Shown here piece after piece: positions 19,100 to 28,036 of a DNA stretch of 64,000 nucleotides. This DNA is from an uncultured delta proteobacterium (GTDB lineage Bacteria > Myxococcota > Myxococcia > SLRQ01). Numbering within the stretch: the stretch's first letter is position 1; each line of letters opens with the position of its first letter. Below the pieces are notes generated by a model, which saw only the letters and a program-made list of their open reading frames with translations, made no database searches and was not told the DNA's origin. The stretch is from the NCBI GenBank assembly GCA_963727485.1, contig CAVSGM010000005.1, forward strand, positions 1 to 64,000, read 5' to 3'. The position numbers and the translations under genes are program-made.

Positions 19100-19978
19100 G
19101 TGGAATCCGCCGTCGCCGCACGTCCGAGCCTGACCGACCTGGTGAGCCTGACCAAGCCGGGCATCACCCGGATGATCACGATCACCACGGCGGTGGCGCT
19201 CTTCGTGGCGCCGGGGCACGTGCCGGTCCTCACCTGGATCCTCACCCTGGTGGGCACGGCCCTGGTGGTGGGGGCGGCGAACAGCCTCAACTGCTACCTC
19301 GAGCGCGACGTCGATCGCCTCATGTCCCGCACCCGGGATCGTCCCCTGCCGGCGGGGCGGGTCGAGCCGGAGACGGCGCTGCGCCTGGGCCTGGGCCTGG
19401 CGGTGGTGTCGATCCCCCTGCTCACCTTCGCGGTGAACCCGCTCACCGGGCTCTTGGCCGCGGCGGCCCTGGTCTCCTACGTCCTGGTCTACACGCCGCT
19501 GAAGCGCCGGTCGCCCCTGTCCACCCTGGTGGGCGCGGTCCCCGGGGCGCTCCCGGCGCTCATGGGCTGGGCGGCGGCCACCGGGCGCATCGATCCCCCG
19601 GCGGTCGTCCTCTTCGCCATCGTCTTCTTCTGGCAGATGCCCCACTTCCTGGCCATCGGGACCTTCCGCAAGGACGAGTACGCCCGGGCCGGATTCAAGA
19701 TCCTCCCCATCGTCCACGGGGACACCCTGGCCCGGGTGCAGATGCTCCGCTACGCCGCGGCGCTCCTCCCGGTGAGCCTGCTCCTCGCGCCCCTCGGCGC
19801 CGCCGGGAGCGTCTACTTCGTGGGCGCCCTCGTCCTCGGCGTCGCCTTCCTCGCCATGGTCGCCTGGGGCAACTTCGCCCGGGTGGTGGCCGAGAGCTGG
19901 GGCCGGGCGGTGTTCCACGCCTCGCTCCTCTACCTCACGGGGATCTTCGTCCTGCTGGTGGTCGATCACCTGGTCTGA
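19100..19978 (+). CDS. cyoE: Protoheme IX farnesyltransferase (heme O synthase)
   Basis: Motifs LTKPGI, NCYLERDVDRLMSRTRDRPLPAG, YTPLKR, VGAVPGALPALMGW, WQMPHF and DEYARAG. The GTG start is estimated. Confidence 0.95.
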   Translation: MESAVAARPSLTDLVSLTKPGITRMITITTAVALFVAPGHVPVLTWILTLVGTALVVGAANSLNCYLERDVDRLMSRTRDRPLPAGRVEPETALRLGLGLAVVSIPLLTFAVNPLTGLLAAAALVSYVLVYTPLKRRSPLSTLVGAVPGALPALMGWAAATGRIDPPAVVLFAIVFFWQMPHFLAIGTFRKDEYARAGFKILPIVHGDTLARVQMLRYAAALLPVSLLLAPLGAAGSVYFVGALVLGVAFLAMVAWGNFARVVAESWGRAVFHASLLYLTGIFVLLVVDHLV

Positions 19979-19985
19979 GCTCACG

Positions 19986-20651
19986 ATGTCGCGCGGTGCG
20001 GAGTCGGGACGGGGGCGGACGCCAGTGGCGTTGTGGGTGGGCCTCGCGGTCCTGGTGGTGGCGGTGCCCCTGGCGGCGATGCTCCACCACAAGCCCCGGG
20101 CCCCAAGCGCCCCGCCGATCCTCGGCGAGGTCCCGGTGTTCTCGCTGGTGAACCAGAAGGGCGACGACGTCACCCGCGACGATCTCCTCGGGCGGGTGTG
20201 GATCGTCGACTTCTTCTTCACCCGGTGCACCCAGGTCTGCCCCCTGCTGACCCACCACATGCAGCAGATCCAGACCATCCTGGACAAGCAGGATCCCGAG
20301 GAGCGCGTGGGCCTCCTGTCCATCAGCGTCGATCCCCAGGACGACCGGCCCAAGGTCCTCACCGCCTACGCCAAGCACTGGCAGGCCGAGCCGAGGCGCT
20401 GGACCTTCCTCACCGGGGACCAGACCGCGGTGGAGAAGGCGGTGACCCGGGGCTTCCGGATCACCATGGGCAAGCCCCCGCCCGAGAAGGGCGGCCCCTC
20501 GGACTTCCAGATCGTCCACGGCCAGCGGATGGTCCTGGTCGACGGCGAAGGTCACATCCGCGGCTACTTCGACACCGACGCGGCGAGCCGGGCGAAGCTG
20601 GTCCGCGAGGCCCTGTCGCTGGCCGCGGAGCGGGAGACCCCCTCCTCATGA
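19986..20651 (+). CDS. SCO1/SenC family copper chaperone
   Basis: FFFTRCTQVCP (CxxxC), SISVDPQDD, and the conserved His in IVHGQRMVLVD. Confidence 0.93.
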   Translation: MSRGAESGRGRTPVALWVGLAVLVVAVPLAAMLHHKPRAPSAPPILGEVPVFSLVNQKGDDVTRDDLLGRVWIVDFFFTRCTQVCPLLTHHMQQIQTILDKQDPEERVGLLSISVDPQDDRPKVLTAYAKHWQAEPRRWTFLTGDQTAVEKAVTRGFRITMGKPPPEKGGPSDFQIVHGQRMVLVDGEGHIRGYFDTDAASRAKLVREALSLAAERETPSS

Positions 20652-21088
20652 ACCTCGACGCCGCCCTCGCCGCCTTCGACGCGGTGGCCAACGCCACCGC
20701 CGCGGTCCTGGTGTTCATCGCCTGGCGGGCGATCAAGCGCAAGAACGTCACCCTCCACAAGCGGATGATGATCTCCGCGGTGGTGGTCTCGGCGCTCTTC
20801 CTCACCAGCTACCTCCTGCGCCACGCCCTCTACGGCCCCACGCACTTCACCGGGCACGGCGCCACCCGGGTGGCCTACTTCACCCTCCTGGGGACCCACA
20901 CGGTGCTGGCGGCCCTGGTGCCGTTCCTGGTGCTCCGGGCCCTCTACCTGGGCCTGAACAAGCGCTTCCCCTCGCACCGGAAGATCGCCCGGTGGGCCTT
21001 CCCGGTGTGGGCCTACGTCTCGGTGACCGGGGTGCTGGTCTACCTGGCGCTCTACCACCTGCCCCACGCCCTCCTGGCGATGCGCTAG
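20648..21088 (+). CDS. DUF420 family membrane protein (oxidase assembly associated)
   Basis: ATGA overlap with the SCO gene. Motifs LHKRMM, FLTSYLLRH, HTVLA and HRKIARWAFPVWAYVSVTG. Confidence 0.88.
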   Translation: MNLDAALAAFDAVANATAAVLVFIAWRAIKRKNVTLHKRMMISAVVVSALFLTSYLLRHALYGPTHFTGHGATRVAYFTLLGTHTVLAALVPFLVLRALYLGLNKRFPSHRKIARWAFPVWAYVSVTGVLVYLALYHLPHALLAMR

Positions 21089-21161
21089 GGGCCGCGGCGG
21101 GGCGGGTCCCCGGGGCCGCCGGGCGCTGCCTGACGCCTCGCGATGTGCTATCCCCTTGGGG

Positions 21162-22298
21162 ATGCAGCGGCGAACGACCCTCTTGCTCGTGGCCCTCGCT
21201 GGCGTGACGGTGGCGGCGGCGTCCCTGTCCTGCTCGCTCCTCCTCGACACCAGCCAGCTCGACGGTCACCCCTGCACCGACACCGGCCGGTGCCTGCTGG
21301 GCTACCAGTGCGTCAACGGCACCTGCGTGGCCGGCGGGGTGCAGGTGAAGCGCTGCGACCCCGCCTGCAGCGGCAGCCAGAAGTGCGACCTGCGCAGCGG
21401 CGCCTGCGTCGACAAGTGCGCCGCCAGCGTCTGCCCCACCGGGCAGGCCTGCACCAAGGGGGGGGACTGCGCCGAGGTGACCAGCGGCCTCGGTGCCCCG
21501 TGCACCGCCGACGCCGACTGCGCCGGGGCCATCCCCGGCTGCTCCACCGATCCCGCGAACCCGGGGAAGGTCTCCTGCGTCTGCCTCACCCCCTCCACCG
21601 GGGGCAAGGGCGTGTGCCTGGGCCTGCCCACCAAGGCCGACGACTGCGCCGCCTGCGGCGACGCCCAGTGCCTCAAGGGGCGCTTCTCCACCGCCGGCAC
21701 CGTCGACGTCTGCGCCCCCGAGGGCTTCCGCACCTGCGGCTCCCCGGTGGACTGCGCCGACCCGGACCACCCCGCCGACTGCGTCCTCTTCGGCTGGGGC
21801 GCCGACCCGGGCGCCTACCTCCCGGGCCAGCAGCCCCAGGCGACCCGGCAGGTCGGCTTCCTCGCCGCCTGCGCCACCCCCGCCCCCAACGCCCCCGTGC
21901 CCCCGGGGGGCGCCTGCGACCCCGGGAACCCCGGCGCCTGTGAGACCGGGCTCTGCCTCCCCGCCGCCGGGGGCGCCTTCGTCTGCACCGCGGCGTGCAA
22001 CGGCAATCCGGCCTGCGCCGGGATCGCCGACGGGCGGTGCGTCGACGCCCCCGTGACCACGAGCGCCGGCAGCCGGAGCCTCTTCGACGTGGCGGCGGTC
22101 TGCGGCAGCGACCCCACCCTGGGCGCCCCCTGCGACGACGGCAGCGGCGGGCCCGACCGGTGCGGCACCGACGCCCCCACCTGCGCCCCGGCGACCTCCG
22201 GGGGCTCGCCCATCTGCACCCGCAACTGCCTGGACAACGCCGACTGCGGCACCGGCCAGGGCTTCTCCTGCCAGCCGGCGACCAACGCCTGCTTCTAG
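21162..22298 (+). CDS. Cys-rich lipoprotein
   Basis: Signal peptide ending SLS-C and many regularly spaced Cys (C-x5-C, LGAPC..DADC modules). Confidence 0.75.
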   Translation: MQRRTTLLLVALAGVTVAAASLSCSLLLDTSQLDGHPCTDTGRCLLGYQCVNGTCVAGGVQVKRCDPACSGSQKCDLRSGACVDKCAASVCPTGQACTKGGDCAEVTSGLGAPCTADADCAGAIPGCSTDPANPGKVSCVCLTPSTGGKGVCLGLPTKADDCAACGDAQCLKGRFSTAGTVDVCAPEGFRTCGSPVDCADPDHPADCVLFGWGADPGAYLPGQQPQATRQVGFLAACATPAPNAPVPPGGACDPGNPGACETGLCLPAAGGAFVCTAACNGNPACAGIADGRCVDAPVTTSAGSRSLFDVAAVCGSDPTLGAPCDDGSGGPDRCGTDAPTCAPATSGGSPICTRNCLDNADCGTGQGFSCQPATNACF

Positions 22299-22359
22299 GG
22301 ACGGGCTCGCTGGCGCCCTGGGCGCCGGTCGAGGCGACGGCCCAGGACCGGCGCCTGGT

Positions 22360-22850
22360 TGGGGGATGCCGATCGGTTGTTCAGGCTGCGCGGCTGTGGT
22401 CGTCGGTGCCCACGTGGACGTGGTCCCAGCCGATGCCTCGATTCCGGTGGGTACGGACCCCGGTGATCCTGTGGCCTACGCCCTCGATGCGCCCCAGCTT
22501 CTTCACGTCGAGGTGGAGCAGCTCTCCGGGCCCGCTGCGCGCGTAGCGACGAGGCGGGAGCTTCGGCTCAGAATCTCTCGCTCGGGACAGCCGGTGCTCG
22601 CGCCGGAGCGCCCGCACCCGCGGCCGCCACGTCTCCCCCAGCTGCTGCGGCATCCAACGGGGCCGCGCGGTACGGTCCAGCAGGCCCAAGTGGCCTTCCC
22701 CCCGATACCGCCGCGGCCACTTCCAGACGGACCGCTCGCGGATGCTCCCTGCCTCGGCCGCGTCGCCGGCGGTCCAGCCCTCGCGTTCGTCGCCGACGGT
22801 CCAGCCCTCGAGCCGGACCCGCTGACTGGACGTCCTCCTGGGATCCCCAC
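22360..22850 (-). mobile_element. Degenerate, internally deleted IS481 derivative (non-autonomous remnant)
   Basis: The minus-strand frame encodes LSRARDSEPKLPPRRYARSGPGELLHLDVKKLGRIEGVGHRITGVRTHRNRGIGWDHVHV, nearly identical to the protein at 2-200. It then jumps directly to GCAGCCTGAACAACC, the right end of the first copy. Confidence 0.88.
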
Positions 22851-25691
22851 CTAGTTCGTCGAGTAGCAGACGTCGACGTCGTTGGGGTCGGGCTTCATGC
22901 AGCTGTAGCCCTGCCGGCACTGGCTGCTGCTGGAGCACCGGGGCAGGCAGACCTTGACGGTCTGGGTGCCCGCCGGGGCGTTGGCCGTGAGGTTGATGCA
23001 GGCGGTGCCCGAGGGGCAGGCGGTGCCGTCGGTGCAGTTGTGCACGCACATGCCGCCGGGGAAGGAGCCCTTGTCCTCGAAGAGGCAGGTGCCGTGGACG
23101 CCGCCGTCGCAGTCCCGGATCCGGGTGCAGGGCGAGCCCACCGCACCGCTGCCCTTGGCCGCCGGCCAGCACTCCAGGGAGTTGTTCTGGTCGAGATCGT
23201 AGCAGTCGTAGTCGTTGCGGCAGGTGGTGCCGCCGTTGGCGCACACCAGGCAGTGCCCAGAGGTCTTTCCCGAGCACTCGTGGCCGTCGGGGCAGGCGTG
23301 GGTGGCGTCGCAGCTCTCGCCATCGTAGGCGCAGTAGTGCCCGAAGTTGTTCAGGGCGTTGTAGGTACAGTGCATCCCCTGGGGGCAGCTGTAGGTGTCG
23401 TTGTTGGAGTCGTAGGTGCACGTCACCAGGCTCGAGCAGCAGGGCGCCGCGAGGCAGAAGCCCTTGGCGTCGCCGCTGGGGTGGGTGCAGTGGGCGGTGC
23501 CGGGGCAGGCCTGGGAGTTGCTGCAGCTCGTGGTGCAGTAGCCCTTGGGGTAGCCGTTGATGTTGACGACGCAGGACGCCGAGGCGCCGTTGGCGCACTG
23601 ATCGATGGTGGTGCAGGGGTCGCCCACCGCGCCGCTGCCGGAGCCTTCGGGGGCGCACTCCGTCTTGCCGTCGCCGTCGGTGTCCCAGCAGGTGTAGCCG
23701 GTGCGGCAGTCGGCGTTGCTCGAGCAGTTGGCGAAGCACTCGCCGGCGCTGAAGCCCTGGGCGCTGGTGTGGACGTCGCCGCAGTGGCTGCCCGAGCCGC
23801 AGTCGGAGTCGTTGCGGCAGGGGGCGTAGCAGTAGCCGCCCTTCCACCCGCTGTGGAGCTCGTCGCGGCAGGCGTGGCCGGTGCACTGGCTGTTGTCGGT
23901 GCAGGCGGCGCCGTTGTCCCCACCGCTGCTGCTGATGCCCCCCGGGCTGCAGACCAGGTTGCCCTGGGAGTCCTTCTGGCAGGTGTAGCCGGTGCGGCAG
24001 TCGGTGTCGGCGCTGCAGGTCTTCTCACAGTTGCCGGTGCCGCCGTTGGAGCTGACGCAGGCGCTCCCCGAGGGGCACTGGTCGGTGGAGGCGCAGGCCG
24101 TGGAGCAGTAGCCGCCGGGGTAGCCGCCGGTGTCGGTGGTGCAGGTGGCCTTGGTGCCGCCGCTGCAGTCGGCGACGCTGGTGCAGGGGTCGCCGATGCC
24201 GCCGGTACCGCCGCCGTAGGGCTCGCAGACCGCGCCGGAGGTGGTGGGGTCGGCCACGCAGGCGTAGCCGTTGCGGCAGTCCTGGTTGGTCTGGCAGCTC
24301 GCCAGGCAGCGGTGGACGCCCTGGTTGTCGGTGACGCACTGGCTGCCGGTGCTGCAGTCGGAGTCCGAGGCGCAGGTGGTGGTGCAGTAGCCCCCGCTCC
24401 ACCCGGTCTGGCCCTGGGTGAGGCACTTGCCGGCGCCGCAGTCGCTGTCCTGGGTGCACGGGGCGCCGGCGGGGGCCGAGGCGACGCACTCGGGGGTGCC
24501 GTCGCCGTCCCAGTCGGAGCAGGTGTAGCCGCTGCGACAGTCGGCGGTGGAGGTGCAGCTCTTCACGCACACCGACCCGGCGGTCCCGAAGCCGCAGTGG
24601 CTCCCGCTGGGGCAGCTGGTGCCCGCGCTGCCGCAGGTCACGGTGCAGTAGCCTCCGGGCATCCCCCCGGCCGCCGGGACGCAGACGGCGTTCTGGCCGC
24701 CGCTGCAATCGGCGACGCTGGTGCAGGGGTCGCCGACACCGCCGCTGCCCGTCCCCGAGGGGGTGCAGCCGCGCTTGCCGAAGCCCAGGTCGCTGCAGGC
24801 ATAGCCCGCGCGCCCGCCGCAGTCGGCGGTGGTGGTGCAGCCGGCCACGCAGACCCCCCGGCCGGCGCCGTTCTTCTCGGCGCAGACGTTCCCGGTGCCG
24901 CAGTCGTCGTCGGTGGTGCACCAGGCGCTGCAGTAACCCCCGGGCCAGCCGTTGGCCGAAGGGGTGAGGCACACCCCCCCGAGGCAGTCCGAGCCCTGGG
25001 CGCAGCTCCCGCCCACCGACCCCGGAGGCGCCCCCACGCAGGTGGCGCCGAGGCGGCAGATCTGGGTGCCGGCGCAGCCGCCGCAGTCGAGGGCGGCGCC
25101 GCAGCCGTCGGAGACGAAGCCGCAGTCGTTGCTGCCGCAGCTCCCGGTGGGGATGCAGTCTCCGGCGCCGCAGACGTTGGGCGTGCCCCCACCGCCGCAG
25201 GTGTCGCTCCCGGCGCAGGCGCCGCAGTCGACGTAGCCCCCGCAGCCGTCGGGGAGGCGGCCGCAGTTGGCGCCGGCGGCGGCGCAGGTGGTCGGGGTGC
25301 AGCTGTCGAGGCCGCACTGCCAGGCGGTGCCCGCGCCGCCACAGGTCTGGCCGGCGCCGCAGTAGCCGCAGTGGAGCTGACCGCCGCAGCCGTCGGGGAC
25401 GATGCCGCAGGTCGCGCGGGCGTCGCCGCAGGTGATGGGGGTGCAGCTCCCGCTGCCGCCGCCGCACACGTTGGCGGTGCCCCCGCCGCCGCAGGTCATC
25501 CCCCCGCCGCAGAAGCCGCAGTCGAGCTTGCCCCCGCAGCCGTCGTCGACCTGGCCGCAGTTGGCACCGGCGGCGAGGCAGGTGGTGCGCTCGCAGGTGC
25601 TGCCGGGCCCGCCGCAGCTGCACGACGGCGTGAGGATGGAGAGGACACCGGCGCCGAGCGCCACGACGAAGGACAGGATTGGGCGACGCAC
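22851..25691 (-). CDS. Large Cys-rich repeat surface lipoprotein (myxobacterial type)
   Basis: Signal peptide with PS-C. Four N-terminal CGxxxDGCG(G/A)xxxCGxC repeats, then about seven modules of G(D/A)PCTxxxDC...(W/Y/M/F)xGGYC...CxxDxDCRxGYxC. Confidence 0.8.
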   Translation of the reverse strand: MRRPILSFVVALGAGVLSILTPSCSCGGPGSTCERTTCLAAGANCGQVDDGCGGKLDCGFCGGGMTCGGGGTANVCGGGSGSCTPITCGDARATCGIVPDGCGGQLHCGYCGAGQTCGGAGTAWQCGLDSCTPTTCAAAGANCGRLPDGCGGYVDCGACAGSDTCGGGGTPNVCGAGDCIPTGSCGSNDCGFVSDGCGAALDCGGCAGTQICRLGATCVGAPPGSVGGSCAQGSDCLGGVCLTPSANGWPGGYCSAWCTTDDDCGTGNVCAEKNGAGRGVCVAGCTTTADCGGRAGYACSDLGFGKRGCTPSGTGSGGVGDPCTSVADCSGGQNAVCVPAAGGMPGGYCTVTCGSAGTSCPSGSHCGFGTAGSVCVKSCTSTADCRSGYTCSDWDGDGTPECVASAPAGAPCTQDSDCGAGKCLTQGQTGWSGGYCTTTCASDSDCSTGSQCVTDNQGVHRCLASCQTNQDCRNGYACVADPTTSGAVCEPYGGGTGGIGDPCTSVADCSGGTKATCTTDTGGYPGGYCSTACASTDQCPSGSACVSSNGGTGNCEKTCSADTDCRTGYTCQKDSQGNLVCSPGGISSSGGDNGAACTDNSQCTGHACRDELHSGWKGGYCYAPCRNDSDCGSGSHCGDVHTSAQGFSAGECFANCSSNADCRTGYTCWDTDGDGKTECAPEGSGSGAVGDPCTTIDQCANGASASCVVNINGYPKGYCTTSCSNSQACPGTAHCTHPSGDAKGFCLAAPCCSSLVTCTYDSNNDTYSCPQGMHCTYNALNNFGHYCAYDGESCDATHACPDGHECSGKTSGHCLVCANGGTTCRNDYDCYDLDQNNSLECWPAAKGSGAVGSPCTRIRDCDGGVHGTCLFEDKGSFPGGMCVHNCTDGTACPSGTACINLTANAPAGTQTVKVCLPRCSSSSQCRQGYSCMKPDPNDVDVCYSTN

Positions 25692-25891
25692 GTTCCCTCA
25701 AGGGTACACGGGCGAATGGCGCTGGTCCACCAGGGTCAGGGCCCCCGGGACGGGCCCAGGTAAGGGGGGGCGTGATCCCGGCCACGTTGCGGTCGCGAGG
25801 GGGTGTGCGATAGTCCTCGGCCAGTATGCAAGAACCGGAGCGGCGCCCCCCGGCGCCGAACCCAGACCAACTCCGGGAGGAGGGGAATCAC

Positions 25892-26728
25892 ATGAGCACC
25901 ATCACCAGATACGCGTGGATCGGGGTGGCCTGCCTCGCGGCGGCCGGCGCCACCGGCTGCGGCCGCAACCTGCGGTCCTTCGACCAGGTCCAAAACAGCT
26001 TCGACAAGCCCACCGGGACGGTGAGCGCCTCCACGGCGCCGACCATCTTCTCCAAGGGCCTCGAGACCGACATGTCCAGCAGCGCGGCGAGCCTCTCGTC
26101 GAACTTCGACACCACCGGCTCCCTGAACTTCGGGCTGACGGCCATGGGCCACGGTCTCAACGGCGCCCAGGCGCTGATGCAGGGCTGCAACACCGACGTC
26201 CAGCTCACCCAGGGCTTCGGTCCCAAGAAGATCTCGGTGAACTGCACCAAGAACCCCGACGTCTCGGGCTCCATGGCCATCGAGTTCGACTACACCGGGC
26301 AGAGCATCACCTCGGTCTTCGTCGACTTCGGCAACTGGTGCTCCGGCGGGACCTGCCTCGACGGGTCCATGGGCTTCAAGTTCACCTCGTCGGCCGCGGC
26401 CGGGGAGCCGGGGATGACCCAGGACTTCCTCGCCACCGCCCGGCTCTCGGTGAAGGAGACCAGCACCGGCAAGACCGCCTCCATCGACTGGGCGTTCCGG
26501 GACCTCCAGAGCGCCAGCACCTCCAAGATCGAGTGGCTGGTCTACTCGAACCAGGACGGCACCGCGAAGAGCTGGGTGCTCTCGGCGTCCATCTCCGATG
26601 GCGGCGGCGACCTCTCGGTGAAGGGGGCCAACGGCAGCTTCACCTGCCACTACGGCGCCGGCGCCACCTCCGGGAGCTGCCAGGACTCGGCCGGGAACAG
26701 CTGGACCTGGTCGACGCCCTCGAGCTAG
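25892..26728 (+). CDS. Hypothetical lipoprotein
   Basis: SD GGAGGAGG upstream, lipobox ATG-C, and a Ser/Thr-rich beta-like body. Confidence 0.75.
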   Translation: MSTITRYAWIGVACLAAAGATGCGRNLRSFDQVQNSFDKPTGTVSASTAPTIFSKGLETDMSSSAASLSSNFDTTGSLNFGLTAMGHGLNGAQALMQGCNTDVQLTQGFGPKKISVNCTKNPDVSGSMAIEFDYTGQSITSVFVDFGNWCSGGTCLDGSMGFKFTSSAAAGEPGMTQDFLATARLSVKETSTGKTASIDWAFRDLQSASTSKIEWLVYSNQDGTAKSWVLSASISDGGGDLSVKGANGSFTCHYGAGATSGSCQDSAGNSWTWSTPSS

Positions 26729-26736
26729 CCGGACCG

Positions 26737-26819
26737 GGACGGGCGCCGGAGCGATTCCGGCGCCCCGTCCGGACGCAAGAAGGGCGGGCCCCCGGGGTCC
26801 GCCTCTTCTCGTTGCGTCC
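26737..26819. terminator. Two adjacent GC-rich hairpins between convergent genes (probable bidirectional terminator)
   Basis: GGACGGGCGCCGGA-N5-TCCGGCGCCCCGTCC and GGACGCAAGAAGGGCGGGCCC...GGTCCGCCTCTTCTCGTTGCGTCC. Confidence 0.55.
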
Positions 26820-26833
26820 CTCGGTGCCGGCCG

Positions 26834-27406
26834 TCAGGGCATGACGAAGTAGGGGTCCTTCTCCTTCACGCAGACCACGGTGCAGGGGGCCTTGCGGACG
26901 ACCTTCTCGGTCTGGCTGCCGATGAGGGCGCGCTCCAGGCCGTCGCGGCCGTGGGTCCCCATGACGATGATGTCGGCGTTGATGTTCCCCGCCATCCGGA
27001 GGATCTCCTCCCACGCCTTGCCGCTGCCGACGCGGCAGTGGAAGTTCTTGAGCTGCTCCTTGCGCACCTTGTCCTTGACCATGCTCTCGAGCTCGGCGAG
27101 CGCCATGGACTCCATGCGCTCGAGCTCCTTGTCGAGCTTGTCGACGAGGGTCCTGGCGGCGAAGGAGAGGCGGTTGACCGGCTCGAAGACGTGGAAGAGG
27201 TAGAGCTCGGAGGGCACCCGCTCGCAGTACTGCACCGAGAACTCCAGGGCCCGGCGGGAGCACTCGGAGAAGTCGATGGGGCACAGGACCTTGGCCCGCC
27301 GCTGCTTTCGGCGCTCGGGCTCCCCGGTGGCGCGGTAGCGGTCCTTCTTCGGGGCCTTGGCGGCCTTGGCGGTCTTGGTCTTGGTCGTCTTGGTCTTTTC
27401 GGCCAT
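26834..27406 (-). CDS. Universal stress protein (UspA family)
   Basis: Motifs KVLCPIDFSECS, LFHV and ADIIVMGTHGRDGLERALIGSQTEKVVRKAPCTV. Confidence 0.93.
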   Translation of the reverse strand: MAEKTKTTKTKTAKAAKAPKKDRYRATGEPERRKQRRAKVLCPIDFSECSRRALEFSVQYCERVPSELYLFHVFEPVNRLSFAARTLVDKLDKELERMESMALAELESMVKDKVRKEQLKNFHCRVGSGKAWEEILRMAGNINADIIVMGTHGRDGLERALIGSQTEKVVRKAPCTVVCVKEKDPYFVMP

Positions 27407-27763
27407 CAGCCCAGGTCCTCGTCGTCCATGTCGTCGCCGTCCGCGTCGTCACCGAAGTCGTCGGTGTCGTCGTCGTCGTCGAAGTCGTCGTCGAACTCGT
27501 CGTCGCTGTTCGAGGATCCGCCGTCCTCGTCCTCCTCGGCCCGGGCGGGCCGCTTGGGGCGGGCCGGGGCCCGCCGGGGCGCTGGCGCCGGCTTGGCCTT
27601 CGGCTTCGGCTTGGGCGCCTTCAGGGCCGGGTCCTCGCGCTGATCGCCCCGCACTTGGGGCAGGCCGGCGTGGGCCGGTGGAGATGGTAGAACTTGGTCC
27701 CGCAGCTAAAGCAGGTGAAGCGGACGCCGAGGAATCCTTGCGAGGTCCAACCACCTTTGCCAT
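27406..27763 (-). CDS. FYDLN-acid / TIGR02300-like zinc-ribbon protein with an acidic tail, with two apparent indels
   Basis: The pieces MAK...KD, LGVRFTCFSCGTKFYHLHRPTPACPKCG and DQREDP...DDEFDDDFDDDDD lie in three successive frames. Confidence 0.7.
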
Positions 27764-28036
27764 GGAGCGTCTCCCCAATGCCCTTGTGGGCCGCACCGAC
27801 GGGCGGAACGTGCCCGCTCCCGCCCGGCTTCAGAGCGGCGCCTTGATAGAGCAATCGCCGGGCCACCGTCAAGCGCGGTGCCGCGGGCCGGGTCCCCGGG
27901 GACCGGCTCGGCGAGCACCGGCCCCGGGGGCGGCCCGGCGGGGTACCCCCCGCGTGTTGAACCGGCGGCACGGTTCCGGGTATGGTCACCCCTTGGCATG
28001 CCGGCCGGTGCGCCCGGCTTCGAAGGAACCTCACCG

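Noticed and set aside
22851..25691. Repeated DNA segments as a possible DGR template/variable repeat or repeat array
   Set aside because: The repeats correspond to in-frame Cys-rich protein modules. No adenine-specific mismatch pattern was noticed and there is no reverse transcriptase gene.
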